Of a stretch of 64,000 nt of DNA, positions 1 through 9,415 are shown piece by piece; position 1 is the first letter of the stretch; each line of letters begins with the position of its first letter. The stretch covers positions 32,001 to 96,000 of the forward strand of contig JACQID010000006.1 of NCBI GenBank assembly GCA_016198685.1, given 5' to 3'. The DNA comes from Candidatus Aenigmatarchaeota archaeon (GTDB lineage: Archaea > Aenigmatarchaeota > Aenigmatarchaeia > GW2011-AR5). The position numbers were made by a program, and so were the translations under genes. The notes below the pieces were generated by a model, which was given only the letters and a program-made list of their open reading frames with translations, made no database searches and was not told the origin of the DNA.

Positions 1-2241
1 GCAAAACCGCGTGCGTTAATACAAATGGCCACTGGTTCCGGAAAAACGTATACGGCCGTCGAGCTTTGCTATCGTCTCGTAAAAAATGTCAGAGCCAAAC
101 GAATCCTGTTTCTTGTAGATAGAAGAAATTTAGGGGAACAAACACTCCAAGAATTCCAAAATTATGAAGCACCTAATGACAGGAGAAAATTTACAGAGCT
201 ATATCCTGTTCAGCATTTATCAACAAATAAAATAGACGACTCAAGCAAAATATGCATAGCGACCATTCAACGTGTTTATTCTATGCTGAAGGGGGAGAAA
301 GATTTCGATACTGAAAACGAGGAAAAAACGTCATTTGACGACAGTTATCCTACAGAGCCCGTATCTGTCGCCTACAACCGCAGAATACCTATAGAAACTT
401 TTGATTTTATTATAGTTGATGAGTGCCACCGATCTATATACAACTTATGGAGACAGGTTCTGGAATACTTCGATGCATTCACTATAGGTCTCACTGCAAC
501 ACCTTCTAAAACCACTATCGGCTTCTTTAACAATAATCTTGTCATGGAATATGGCCATGAACAGGCCGTTGCGGACCAGATAAACGTAGATTTCAGCGTT
601 TATGACATACGGACAAAGATAACAAAACAGGGATCTAGGATTCCTAAAGGCGAAACCGTACTGAAAAGGGACATGAGAACGAGAAAGAAGCGATGGGAAT
701 CGCTGGAGGACGACGTGGTTTATACCAAAGAACAGCTCGACCGAGCGGTGGTAGCCCGGGATCAGATAAGAACTATTATACGGACGTTCAGGGATAAAGT
801 AAAAACCGAGATATTCCCGGGAAGAAAACATGTGCCAAAAACCTTGATATATGCCAAAGACGACAATCATGCGGATGAAATCGTCCAGATTATAAGGGAA
901 GAGTTTAACGAAGGCAATGATTTTGCCATAAAAATTACGTATAAAACAGAGGGTCAGAAACCGGAAGATCTTATCAGGCAATTTAGGAATGAGTTCAATC
1001 CAAGAATAGCAGTTACGGTAGATATGATCGCCACCGGTACTGACATCAAACCGCTGGAAATTGTCTTCTTTATGCGTCAAGTAAAAAGCAGGAACTACTT
1101 CGAGCAGATGAAGGGAAGAGCCGTGAGGGTAATGAAGAATGATGACTTTATGACGGTTACTCCAGATGCCACCGCGAAAGAACGGTTTGTAATTGTAGAC
1201 GCGGTAGGGGTGTGCGACAACGAAAATTTGAATGAAACAACACCACTAGAACAATACCCCGGGATGTCATTCTCCAAACTAGTAAAGATACTACAGTACG
1301 GTAAACCCAAAAAAGAGCATATGTCATCCATGGCTAGCAGGCTGTCTAGGCTGCAAAAGAAGCTTACGGAAACGCAAATAAATGAAATCACGAGCTTGAC
1401 CGGTGGGAAAGCACTGACAGATTTTGCCAGAGCTTTTGTTGACTCCATAGACGAAGATAAAATATACGAGGCGGCGCAACAACAATTCGGAAAAGAAGGT
1501 GAGAAAGACGCGTATACGCCTCTAAAAAGGGAATTAGACGAGGTTACTGGAAAGAGAATCCTCGATTCCCTTAAACCGTTTATAGGAAATGCCAAATTGA
1601 TGTCCAGACTTCCGGAAATTAAGAAGGAAGTAGAACAGATAATAGACACCGTTTCTCTGGATGTCGTAGAAGAAGCCGCATATTCTCCCATCGCCACGGA
1701 AAAAGCCAAGGAAATTGTAACATCATTTAGAAGCTTCATCCAAAACAATAGAAAAGAATTAACCGCTATTCAGATATTCCATAATAAGGGCAAACTTCAT
1801 TGGAAAGACCTGAGAGAACTTTCTGACAAGATAAGGACTCACCCTTATTTCCTGACAGAATCGAAGCTCTGGCAAGCATACCAACAACTGGAACACAAAA
1901 AAGTAAAGGGAGCTAGCACTAATAAAATAGCGGATTTCATCTCACTTCTAAGCTTTGAACTGAAGAAAACGCCAGAGCTGGAACCGTATTTAGACACAGT
2001 AGACAAACGCTTTGCCGAATGGCTCGGACGACAGAAAGAAGCAGGCGTGGAATTCACCCAAGAACAGCTAACATGGCTGAAAAAACTAAAAGACCATATA
2101 TCAACATCAATAGAAGTCCTGCCGGAAGACCTTGAAGACCCGCCTTTCAATCAGATGGGCGGCTTAGGCAAAGCCAGCAAGGTTTTCAAGAACCTGAACG
2201 ACACACTGGAGGACTTGAATGAGGAAGTTGGTGGAGTATGA
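1..2241 (+). CDS. hsdR: Type I restriction enzyme R subunit (EcoEI/EcoKI-like), 5'-truncated by the window edge
   Basis: Frame is open from base 1 (AKPRALIQMATGSGKT, Walker A). Also DECH motif II, LTATP motif III, TVDMIATGTD, QMKGRAVR motif VI and an EcoEI-type C-terminus. ATGA-coupled to hsdS. Confidence 0.95.
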   Translation, partial: AKPRALIQMATGSGKTYTAVELCYRLVKNVRAKRILFLVDRRNLGEQTLQEFQNYEAPNDRRKFTELYPVQHLSTNKIDDSSKICIATIQRVYSMLKGEKDFDTENEEKTSFDDSYPTEPVSVAYNRRIPIETFDFIIVDECHRSIYNLWRQVLEYFDAFTIGLTATPSKTTIGFFNNNLVMEYGHEQAVADQINVDFSVYDIRTKITKQGSRIPKGETVLKRDMRTRKKRWESLEDDVVYTKEQLDRAVVARDQIRTIIRTFRDKVKTEIFPGRKHVPKTLIYAKDDNHADEIVQIIREEFNEGNDFAIKITYKTEGQKPEDLIRQFRNEFNPRIAVTVDMIATGTDIKPLEIVFFMRQVKSRNYFEQMKGRAVRVMKNDDFMTVTPDATAKERFVIVDAVGVCDNENLNETTPLEQYPGMSFSKLVKILQYGKPKKEHMSSMASRLSRLQKKLTETQINEITSLTGGKALTDFARAFVDSIDEDKIYEAAQQQFGKEGEKDAYTPLKRELDEVTGKRILDSLKPFIGNAKLMSRLPEIKKEVEQIIDTVSLDVVEEAAYSPIATEKAKEIVTSFRSFIQNNRKELTAIQIFHNKGKLHWKDLRELSDKIRTHPYFLTESKLWQAYQQLEHKKVKGASTNKIADFISLLSFELKKTPELEPYLDTVDKRFAEWLGRQKEAGVEFTQEQLTWLKKLKDHISTSIEVLPEDLEDPPFNQMGGLGKASKVFKNLNDTLEDLNEEVGGV

Positions 2242-3509
2242 TAGAAGCTATCTTAGTGTCTAAAGACTATGGTCTAAAGCTATGGGATATACCTTCCTCG
2301 TGGAATTGGAAAATAATGAAGGAAATATCTATAATAAAATCCGGTTCTACACCTTCTACTATCCGTCCCTTTTATTGGGGAGGTGAAATAGCTTGGATTA
2401 CTCCCGACGATTTATCGAAGCTGAAGGGCAAGTATATATCTAAAGGTAAAAGAAACATAACAAAAAAAGGGTATGAAAATTGTTCTACGCAACTTCTTCC
2501 AAAAGGCGCAGTAATTTTATCATCAAGAGCCCCTATAGGCTACGTTGCTATAGCGTCTAATGAGCTATGCACAAATCAAGGATGTAAAAGTTTCATATTA
2601 AACGAAGATGTCTTATCTGAATATGTTTATTATTACTTAATTCTCGGAAAAGAATTTGCTGAAAAGCTGGGCAGCGGAACAACGTTTAAAGAGATAACGT
2701 CTAAGAGGTCAGAACTTATTCCTATACCCATACCTTCTACATATGAAGAACAACAACTAATCGTTTCCGAAATAGAAAAGCACTTTTCCCGTTTGGACCA
2801 GTCCATAGCGGCGCTGAAGGCGGTAAAGCGAAAGCTGGCGGTTTACAGAAAGAGTGTGCTGAAGACGGCTTTTGAAGGGAAGTTGATAGAGTTTGATAAG
2901 AACCATATAGCCAAACTCCAAGATATAATTAATGACATTTGCTCTGGCTATGCTTGCGGTAAGTATAAAATATCAGGAGATGGTATAATTCACTTTAGAC
3001 CTTATAACATTACTGCACAAGGTGAAATGTCACTCGAAAGGAAAAAAATAGTAGACCCACAGTTCTCATTAAAAAGGTTGGAATATGGAGACGTGGTCTT
3101 CAACAATACGAATAGCCAAGAGCTTGTAGGGAAAACATGTTTTTATGACGGAAAGGAAAAGGTGGGGTTCTCTAATCATATGACAAGGATACAAACAAAT
3201 CTAAACCGTATAGACCCTAACTTTTTATCACTTTATCTTCATCAGCTTTATGTCAAAGGCTTTTATTATAGCGTTATGAAGAATCATGTTAACCAATCAA
3301 GTGTAGGCATTGATATCTTAAAAAATATAGACGTTCCCACCCCGTCCGTTGATATTCAAAATAAAGTTGTCCAAGAAATAGAATCCCACTTCTCGATAAT
3401 AGACAAAATAGAAGAAGTTGTGGAAAACTCATTAAATAAAGCACAAACTCTCAGAAAGGCGATACTAAAACAGGCTTTTGAAGGTAAGTTAGTGAAGGTG
3501 GAAGAATGA
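2238..3509 (+). CDS. hsdS: Type I RM specificity subunit
   Basis: Two TRD-like halves (SGSTPS..WITPDDLS..SSRAPIG..TNQG; second half FNNTN..GKT), each followed by a conserved helix (EQQLIVSEIEKHFSRLD; IQNKVVQEIESHFSIID..ILKQAFEGKL). Confidence 0.95.
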   Translation: MIEAILVSKDYGLKLWDIPSSWNWKIMKEISIIKSGSTPSTIRPFYWGGEIAWITPDDLSKLKGKYISKGKRNITKKGYENCSTQLLPKGAVILSSRAPIGYVAIASNELCTNQGCKSFILNEDVLSEYVYYYLILGKEFAEKLGSGTTFKEITSKRSELIPIPIPSTYEEQQLIVSEIEKHFSRLDQSIAALKAVKRKLAVYRKSVLKTAFEGKLIEFDKNHIAKLQDIINDICSGYACGKYKISGDGIIHFRPYNITAQGEMSLERKKIVDPQFSLKRLEYGDVVFNNTNSQELVGKTCFYDGKEKVGFSNHMTRIQTNLNRIDPNFLSLYLHQLYVKGFYYSVMKNHVNQSSVGIDILKNIDVPTPSVDIQNKVVQEIESHFSIIDKIEEVVENSLNKAQTLRKAILKQAFEGKLVKVEE

Positions 3510-4078
3510 ACAATCCTGTTTATGCGAAAATAAAAGAAGATATAGCGGAAGAACTAGAACATAACAAAAAATATCTAAATGACTTAGAATCTGAGCCTAT
3601 AGAAGTTTCAAAGACTTTAGTACAAAAATCAAAAGAGATAATGGTTATTGTGTGTAAAATTCTTGAGGATGATACAGATAAGACAATAATAGTTAATCCT
3701 ATGATAGGAGTATCCTACGAGTTATTAATTAAAGCAATTTTACTACGAAAGGGGTTGAATATTAAAAAAGACAATAATATAACAATTTCTTTTCGAGATT
3801 GTAGAAATGAATTAAGTCAATTTCTTAACAACTTTAACCCAAGACAAATAGAAAGAATATTAGATGTGATAGATTTAGTGATAGCACGCCGAAATAATGA
3901 CGCACACTTATTTTATTCTGGATTTTCATTTTATAGGCAACCGTACCAGATATTTTGTACTTATAGCGTTTTACTGAAAACATTCTTCCCGGAGTACTAC
4001 TCCGAATCCGACTTTAGTAGATGCCTTGAGATTTTTAAAGTAAAAGACGCTATTGATTATGAAGAGGTTTTTTTATGA
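3506..4078 (+). CDS. Putative HEPN-domain protein inside the RM operon
   Basis: Helical protein with YELLIKAIL (HEPN-like first helix) and R-NNDA-H (Rx4H). ATGA overlaps on both sides. AT-rich. Confidence 0.6.
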   Translation: MNNPVYAKIKEDIAEELEHNKKYLNDLESEPIEVSKTLVQKSKEIMVIVCKILEDDTDKTIIVNPMIGVSYELLIKAILLRKGLNIKKDNNITISFRDCRNELSQFLNNFNPRQIERILDVIDLVIARRNNDAHLFYSGFSFYRQPYQIFCTYSVLLKTFFPEYYSESDFSRCLEIFKVKDAIDYEEVFL

Positions 4079-4260
4079 GCTTAACCGACTTTGCACAGGC
4101 TACATTCTGGGGGGCAGTAGTGATATTCGCAGGATTAACTTACTATTTTTGGTTCGTTGCTGAACCGAGATCCTTAATTAACGGACTTGGTTCCTTAGGT
4201 TTTATGCTATTCATAGCTTGGCTTGGTCTCAAAATCAAAAGTAATGGGGGTAGCGCATGA
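4075..4260 (+). CDS. 61-aa membrane protein with two predicted TM helices
   Basis: Two hydrophobic stretches (FWGAVVIFAGLTYYFWFVA; LGSLGFMLFIAWLGL). GAGGT SD upstream. ATGA overlaps with both neighbours. Confidence 0.7.
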   Translation: MSLTDFAQATFWGAVVIFAGLTYYFWFVAEPRSLINGLGSLGFMLFIAWLGLKIKSNGGSA

Positions 4261-5717
4261 CCGACTCAAAACAAATCGTCCAGAAATTATGGAACTACTG
4301 CAACATATTGCGAGATGATGGCCTGTCCTACGGAGATTACGTAGAACAACTCACATATCTGCTGTTCCTAAAGATGGATGATGAGAGGACAAAGGCTCCT
4401 TACAACAAAAAGTCGGATATTCCTAAAAAATACAACTGGCAGTCACTTCTTGAAAAAGAAGGCACTGAGTTGGAAACTCATTATATAGAAACTTTGCAGG
4501 AGCTGGGCAAAGAAGAAGGTATTATAGGCGTCATATTCCGAAAAGCCCAGAATAAGATACAAGACCCTGCCAAGCTCAGAAAGCTTATAGTGGAGCTGAT
4601 AAATAAGGAAAACTGGCTTAGCCTTGAAGCTGACGTCAAGGGGGATGCTTACGAAGGGCTTCTGGAAAAGAACGCTGCTGACACAAAAGGCGGGGCGGGG
4701 CAATACTTTACGCCAAGGCCTCTCATTAACACTATTGTAGAAGTGATGAAGCCGAAACACGGCATGAAAATACATGACCCGGCTTGCGGAACAGGCGGTT
4801 TTCTGCTGTCGGCGTATAATTACATCGTTAAAAACTACAGAATGGACCGGGATCAGAAAGAAGAATTAAAGCACAGAACATTTAGCGGTAACGAAATAGT
4901 ACCCATGGCCGCTAGGTTGTGCGTAATGAACCTATATTTGCATGGGGTGAATGGGGAGGAAAATCCCATCAGTCTGGACGATTCGTTGAAGAAAAATTCT
5001 GGCCCTATATACGATATGGTGCTCACCAATCCCCCATTCGGTAAAAAGTCTTCTGAAACTATCGTAACTGACGAAGGAGAAAGTAGAAAACAGACTCTTA
5101 CTATCCTAAGAGATGACTTCTGGGCAAAGACCGCCAATAAACAGCTGAATTTCCTCCAGCATGTAAGAAGTATACTAAAGATCAACGGCAGAACAGCAAT
5201 AATTTTGCCCGATAATGTTCTTTTTGAGGGTGGTGCCGGAGAAACGGTTCGCAGAAAGCTCATGGAAACCTGTGATTTGCACACGCTTCTTAGACTGCCT
5301 ACTGGTATATTCTATGCGCAGGGCGTCAAGGCTAATGTCTTGTTTTTTGATAAAAAGGCGGCTTCGAAAGATCATATCACTTCAAAAATATGGATATACG
5401 ACATGAGGACTAACAAGCATTTCACGCTAAAGGAAAGTACACTAAAATATGAAGATTTGGACGATTTCGTGAAGTGTTATAATCCTGATAACCGCCATGC
5501 CCGGAAAGAAACCGAGCGCTTCAAATGTTTTACATACGAGGATATAACAAAAAGAGATAAAGCGAATTTAGATATAATCTGGATTAAAGATGAAAGTTTA
5601 GATGATTTGGATAAGCTTCCGGAGCCGGACGTGGTCGCCAACGAAATTGCAGAAGATCTGGAAGATGCTTTGGAGCAATTGAACGAGATACGAAGTGATT
5701 TGAATGCGAAAAAATAA
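4257..5717 (+). CDS. hsdM: Type I RM N6-adenine methyltransferase M subunit
   Basis: N-terminal LWNYCNILRDDG, GQYFTPR, DPACGTGGFL (SAM binding), catalytic NPPF, LRLPTGIFY. Confidence 0.96.
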   Translation: MTDSKQIVQKLWNYCNILRDDGLSYGDYVEQLTYLLFLKMDDERTKAPYNKKSDIPKKYNWQSLLEKEGTELETHYIETLQELGKEEGIIGVIFRKAQNKIQDPAKLRKLIVELINKENWLSLEADVKGDAYEGLLEKNAADTKGGAGQYFTPRPLINTIVEVMKPKHGMKIHDPACGTGGFLLSAYNYIVKNYRMDRDQKEELKHRTFSGNEIVPMAARLCVMNLYLHGVNGEENPISLDDSLKKNSGPIYDMVLTNPPFGKKSSETIVTDEGESRKQTLTILRDDFWAKTANKQLNFLQHVRSILKINGRTAIILPDNVLFEGGAGETVRRKLMETCDLHTLLRLPTGIFYAQGVKANVLFFDKKAASKDHITSKIWIYDMRTNKHFTLKESTLKYEDLDDFVKCYNPDNRHARKETERFKCFTYEDITKRDKANLDIIWIKDESLDDLDKLPEPDVVANEIAEDLEDALEQLNEIRSDLNAKK

Positions 5718-6072
5718 AGTCGCCAATGGAACAAGTTTTCCGTCTAAATCTGATGTTATAGCTGCGTTAAAAGACGGGGAGAAATTATCGGGCTTCAAAC
5801 AGCATATACTCGTCATAGAGTATAAACGCATTAATCATCATCTTGGTGTTATAATAGGCGAATTACAAGAGAACGGACGTACTATACTGAGAGGCAAAGT
5901 AACCCAATCTCCTTCATCGTCGCAAAATACTTTTGATTGGAATATAATTCCCGATGGGAAAAGCTTCTTCACGGCTTTTGCGCTTGACAGCAAGGAAGAA
6001 ACACTCATAGAGACCCTCCGTCAGGGGCTCGATCAAAGTTTAAAAGAAGGCAGGCTCCCATTTTTGAGGTGA
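5704..6072 (+). CDS. Hypothetical protein (122 aa)
   Basis: Overlaps the hsdM stop and fills the gap to the next ORF. No motif recognised. Confidence 0.65.
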   Translation: MRKNKVANGTSFPSKSDVIAALKDGEKLSGFKQHILVIEYKRINHHLGVIIGELQENGRTILRGKVTQSPSSSQNTFDWNIIPDGKSFFTAFALDSKEETLIETLRQGLDQSLKEGRLPFLR

Positions 6073-6073
6073 T

Positions 6074-6286
6074 ATGATGGGCGGAAAAAGTATAGCTGCG
6101 CGGGCTGCCAATGAGAAGGCAAGATATAGAATAGCCAATCAGTCTATGAAGACTTATATGGAAGAGAAAGCTGCTCATGAACGAGGGCCTATAACTACGG
6201 ATAAGGTGGAATGTAAGGCGTGCGGGTTTAAGGCCCGGTACCAGTTCGTGCGGTGCCCGGAGTGTGGGGAAGTTCGAAAGGACTAA
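6074..6286 (+). CDS. Small Zn-ribbon protein
   Basis: CKAC...CPEC at the C-terminus. GAGGTGA SD just upstream. Confidence 0.7.
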   Translation: MMGGKSIAARAANEKARYRIANQSMKTYMEEKAAHERGPITTDKVECKACGFKARYQFVRCPECGEVRKD

Positions 6287-6291
6287 AAACG

Positions 6292-6927
6292 GTGTTTCCA
6301 ATATCAAATGTTGCTATATTTCTAAGAACGCAGGCGTGTCGTAATTATTTTCGTGATTTAATTTTGAAATTAATAGATAGTAAAATTGGAAATGACATAA
6401 TACTTTGTTCTGGATTTTTCCAAGAACAGCATGGTAAAAGTTTGTATAAAATTTCAACAGAGGGTGATTTGGCAACTAGACTACATAGAAGCAATGTGAG
6501 CATTTCGGTTCTAGGTATATATAACAATATGTGGTTGCAATCTTACATATATTTCGTTTCCTCTTTAAGAGGTGCGGGAGTGAAAGTAAATGCCTATAAA
6601 ACCAGCAATTTGCGCTGGCACGCCAAATTATTCATTTTCAAACGCAATAATTCGCCGCTATTGGCTATCATAGGAAGTAGTAATATGACTAGGCCGGCAT
6701 TCGGCCTGTCACATACCTTATTTAATTATGAATGCGATGTCGTACTGTGGGATTCCAATCATGTAGCTCTGAATAAATTTATCACTAATTTTTTCCAAGA
6801 ATCTGAAGGTAAGCAAGATATTGTTTTAAGCGAATACGACTCTAGTTTTAGTGGTCTATCCATTCCGGATATATTAAAACGCTTAGAGAATGAATTGAAC
6901 ATTGAACAATATGAAATACTCCCTTAA
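6292..6927 (+). CDS. Phospholipase D-family (single HKD) nuclease, restriction-endonuclease-like
   Basis: WHAKLFIFK...AIIGSSNMT matches the HxK(x)4D/GSxN PLD nuclease signature. The in-frame GTG at 6292 is preferred over the track start (6253) because it avoids overlapping the Zn-ribbon gene. Confidence 0.8.
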   Translation: MFPISNVAIFLRTQACRNYFRDLILKLIDSKIGNDIILCSGFFQEQHGKSLYKISTEGDLATRLHRSNVSISVLGIYNNMWLQSYIYFVSSLRGAGVKVNAYKTSNLRWHAKLFIFKRNNSPLLAIIGSSNMTRPAFGLSHTLFNYECDVVLWDSNHVALNKFITNFFQESEGKQDIVLSEYDSSFSGLSIPDILKRLENELNIEQYEILP

Positions 6928-6932
6928 TTTAA

Positions 6933-7793
6933 TCATGTGTGAGCACAAATGGGAATATTTTGCATATTTTCAATATTCATATTATTTGAAAATATCATCA
7001 ATTCGATTCCTTTTGTAGTTTTTCCGGCGGTATAATTCAACTTGAATGACCGTTTCCTATACAATCTATAGAGTTTTGATATTGCATTCACATTATCGTA
7101 TGTAATAATCCATTTGTGATTAGTTATATTTTTCATCTTTTCAGATATTTTAGCATGATCGTCCTGATCATAGTGATTCATGTATAGATTCTCACCTTTG
7201 ATGTAATAAGGGGGGTCAAAATAAATAAGTGTCTTAGACGGCAAACTGTCACTGAGATTTTCAATGAGTTCGATCGCATCTATATTGTAGAGCTTTATTT
7301 TATCTTTAAAATCTTCAATGCGTTTTATACGTTTTATTAGATCCGATTTATTATAACGCGCATCTATTTTCCATTTACCATTTTGTGCTATGCCACCTAT
7401 TGGTCCGCCATTTAATATTCCAGAAATATTAGTTCTATTAAGGAAAAACGTGGAGAACCCCAATTTTAAAACATCGTCAGTTTTCGCGGACTGGATATTT
7501 TTTTGTCTTTTCCATTCGTCTACTGTGACTGGGAGTTTCTTAATCATACTACAAAATTCTTCTGTTTTATTCAGTACGGAGTACCAAAACGCGTATATTG
7601 AAGAGTCTATGTCATTTATTATTATATTTTGAACAACACCGTCAAAAAGAAGTGATAAGGCCGCGCCGGCCCCGCCCGCGTATGGTTCGACATACGTACC
7701 ACCCACTAAATCATTTTCTGCGATTAGCTTTCTTATGAATGGTACTATCTTGGTTTTACCACCAGGATATCTAAGAGGCGAATAATATGTCAT
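6933..7793 (-). CDS. DNA adenine methyltransferase (Dam/D12 class)
   Basis: YSPLRYPGGKT, VEPYAGGAG, catalytic YFDPPYY. Start at 7793 forms an ATGA overlap with the upstream gene's stop. Confidence 0.92.
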   Translation of the reverse strand: MTYYSPLRYPGGKTKIVPFIRKLIAENDLVGGTYVEPYAGGAGAALSLLFDGVVQNIIINDIDSSIYAFWYSVLNKTEEFCSMIKKLPVTVDEWKRQKNIQSAKTDDVLKLGFSTFFLNRTNISGILNGGPIGGIAQNGKWKIDARYNKSDLIKRIKRIEDFKDKIKLYNIDAIELIENLSDSLPSKTLIYFDPPYYIKGENLYMNHYDQDDHAKISEKMKNITNHKWIITYDNVNAISKLYRLYRKRSFKLNYTAGKTTKGIELMIFSNNMNIENMQNIPICAHT

Positions 7794-9130
7794 GAGTTGG
7801 ATGCCTCCCATAGTTTTTCTATGAACTCTTGTATATTGTCCCATGTCGTAGTTAGATATTGCGCTGTTGGTGCAAAGTCCTTATTGTGTAGAAATGCTTG
7901 CCATGTCTTTATTCCAAGAACTCCATACTGTTCCGAAGCAGCGGTTCTTATACCCTTCAACTTATAGGAATTAACTTTGTGTTGTTTTTCTAACATTTCG
8001 GCTACTGCTGACGCCTTGTCTTTGAGTGATATAAATTTTCCAGTCTTTTCTGTAGGAATCTCATTTTTTTCGCAAAAATGATCTATACTTAATTCCACAA
8101 AAACTCGAAATAATGCTGCGGTTGCATTAACATAATTTTCTATTGGAATTTTTTTTAATTCGTGGTATATACTGTTAATTTTTGGATTATCTATGCTGAT
8201 ATTACACGTTTTTGGTATTAATTTTTGACGATTTTTTGGATTCACCTTTATCTTTTTAGCTACCGTACCGGTATTATTCGTAGGTTGTAATAATGCCCAC
8301 AGTTTCTCGCTTGTTTTAGATTTATCTGGCAATGCATCTTTCGGGAGTGATTTAATGTAATCTTGCCTGTCTTTTTTGCTATATATGGTTTTTACTGTGA
8401 AATTGGGGTCTATACAATCCGTGACAATCTTTTCGAGAGTCTTTGCAATCTCTTTTCCATCTATCTCTGTCTTAAGCTCTCCGTCGGAATAATTGATCCC
8501 GATAGCATTTCGTATATCTGGATCTGAAAGAAGCCTATCGAGATTCGTTAATTTTACATCCTTCATTTTGTCTTTTGTATCAGTAGATATATACGGAGAG
8601 CTTTCCAGGAATGACAAAACTTGCAAAGCTATACTGGGTGTTCCATTATTTTTCTGTTCGTAACGATTTTTTTGCACAGAAGTCCATTTTTCTGTACCCG
8701 CACCTTCGTTTCCTAGTCCGTGCTTTAATGCAATCCAGTGATCGGCCTCTTTAGGATCATCATAATAAATGCATTCAACATTTGTTATAATTTTATTCTG
8801 ATGCTGTTTTTTTAAATCTTCAAATTTTTTCTTCAGGCCATTGTCACGTATCCTATCGGGATTCACTAAAAATTTTAATACGACGGCACGTCTATTTCCT
8901 TCCAAAACTATATATTTTGTTTTATCGTGTTGCCATGGAGAAATAATTATTTGATCCGTGGGGTTTAAGTTATATGTCATTATATCCAGTGCAAGAGAGT
9001 ACAACTTTTTATTGCCTTGATCATCTACTATATTTTTTATAGCGGCTTCTTCATCTCCAACCGGCTCGTAACGATAGTTCTCGGGATTTATCAATAAATC
9101 TTCTATCTTCACAGTCTTAGTGTTTGTCAT
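7790..9130 (-). CDS. ParB/Srx-like N-terminal domain plus putative HEPN-like C-terminal domain
   Basis: N-terminus LLINPENYRY..YIVLEGNRR (ParB-like GxxR). C-terminus ALFRVFVELSIDHF..WQAFLHN resembles a degenerate HEPN. Confidence 0.7.
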   Translation of the reverse strand: MTNTKTVKIEDLLINPENYRYEPVGDEEAAIKNIVDDQGNKKLYSLALDIMTYNLNPTDQIIISPWQHDKTKYIVLEGNRRAVVLKFLVNPDRIRDNGLKKKFEDLKKQHQNKIITNVECIYYDDPKEADHWIALKHGLGNEGAGTEKWTSVQKNRYEQKNNGTPSIALQVLSFLESSPYISTDTKDKMKDVKLTNLDRLLSDPDIRNAIGINYSDGELKTEIDGKEIAKTLEKIVTDCIDPNFTVKTIYSKKDRQDYIKSLPKDALPDKSKTSEKLWALLQPTNNTGTVAKKIKVNPKNRQKLIPKTCNISIDNPKINSIYHELKKIPIENYVNATAALFRVFVELSIDHFCEKNEIPTEKTGKFISLKDKASAVAEMLEKQHKVNSYKLKGIRTAASEQYGVLGIKTWQAFLHNKDFAPTAQYLTTTWDNIQEFIEKLWEASNS

Positions 9131-9174
9131 GTTAAAATTCTGGTAACACTACTATTTATTGCCTTAAATCATAC

Positions 9175-9412
9175 CTATCTCCCGCCCCCCTTCAAAAAAT
9201 ACTTCGGAAAGACGGCGGTGCACCGCTCGGGATAGTTTATTGTCCAGAGGCGGTAGTGGTCTTCTGTTTTCCCGGCGCCGCCGAGCTTGGTTTGGAGGCA
9301 GGCGTCGGCTTCCGAGAAGAGGAGCTTGACGGCGGGCTCGTCGGCTTTGTCCACTTCCACGGGCCTTGCCGGGAGGTCTTTACGTATGAAGTTTCGGACG
9401 GTATGGGCAGGC
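9175..9412 (-). pseudogene. Possible GC-rich gene relic with no evident start
   Basis: Protein-like open frame (PAHTVRNFIRKDLPARPVEVDKADEP..LWTINYPERC) begins right after the ATPase stop and sits at a visible GC/AT boundary. Confidence 0.3.
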
Positions 9413-9415
9413 GGC

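Noticed and set aside
9215-9226. 12-bp palindrome GCGGTGCACCGC
   Set aside because: Single copy inside a GC-rich relic frame; a chance occurrence is plausible in 64 kb.
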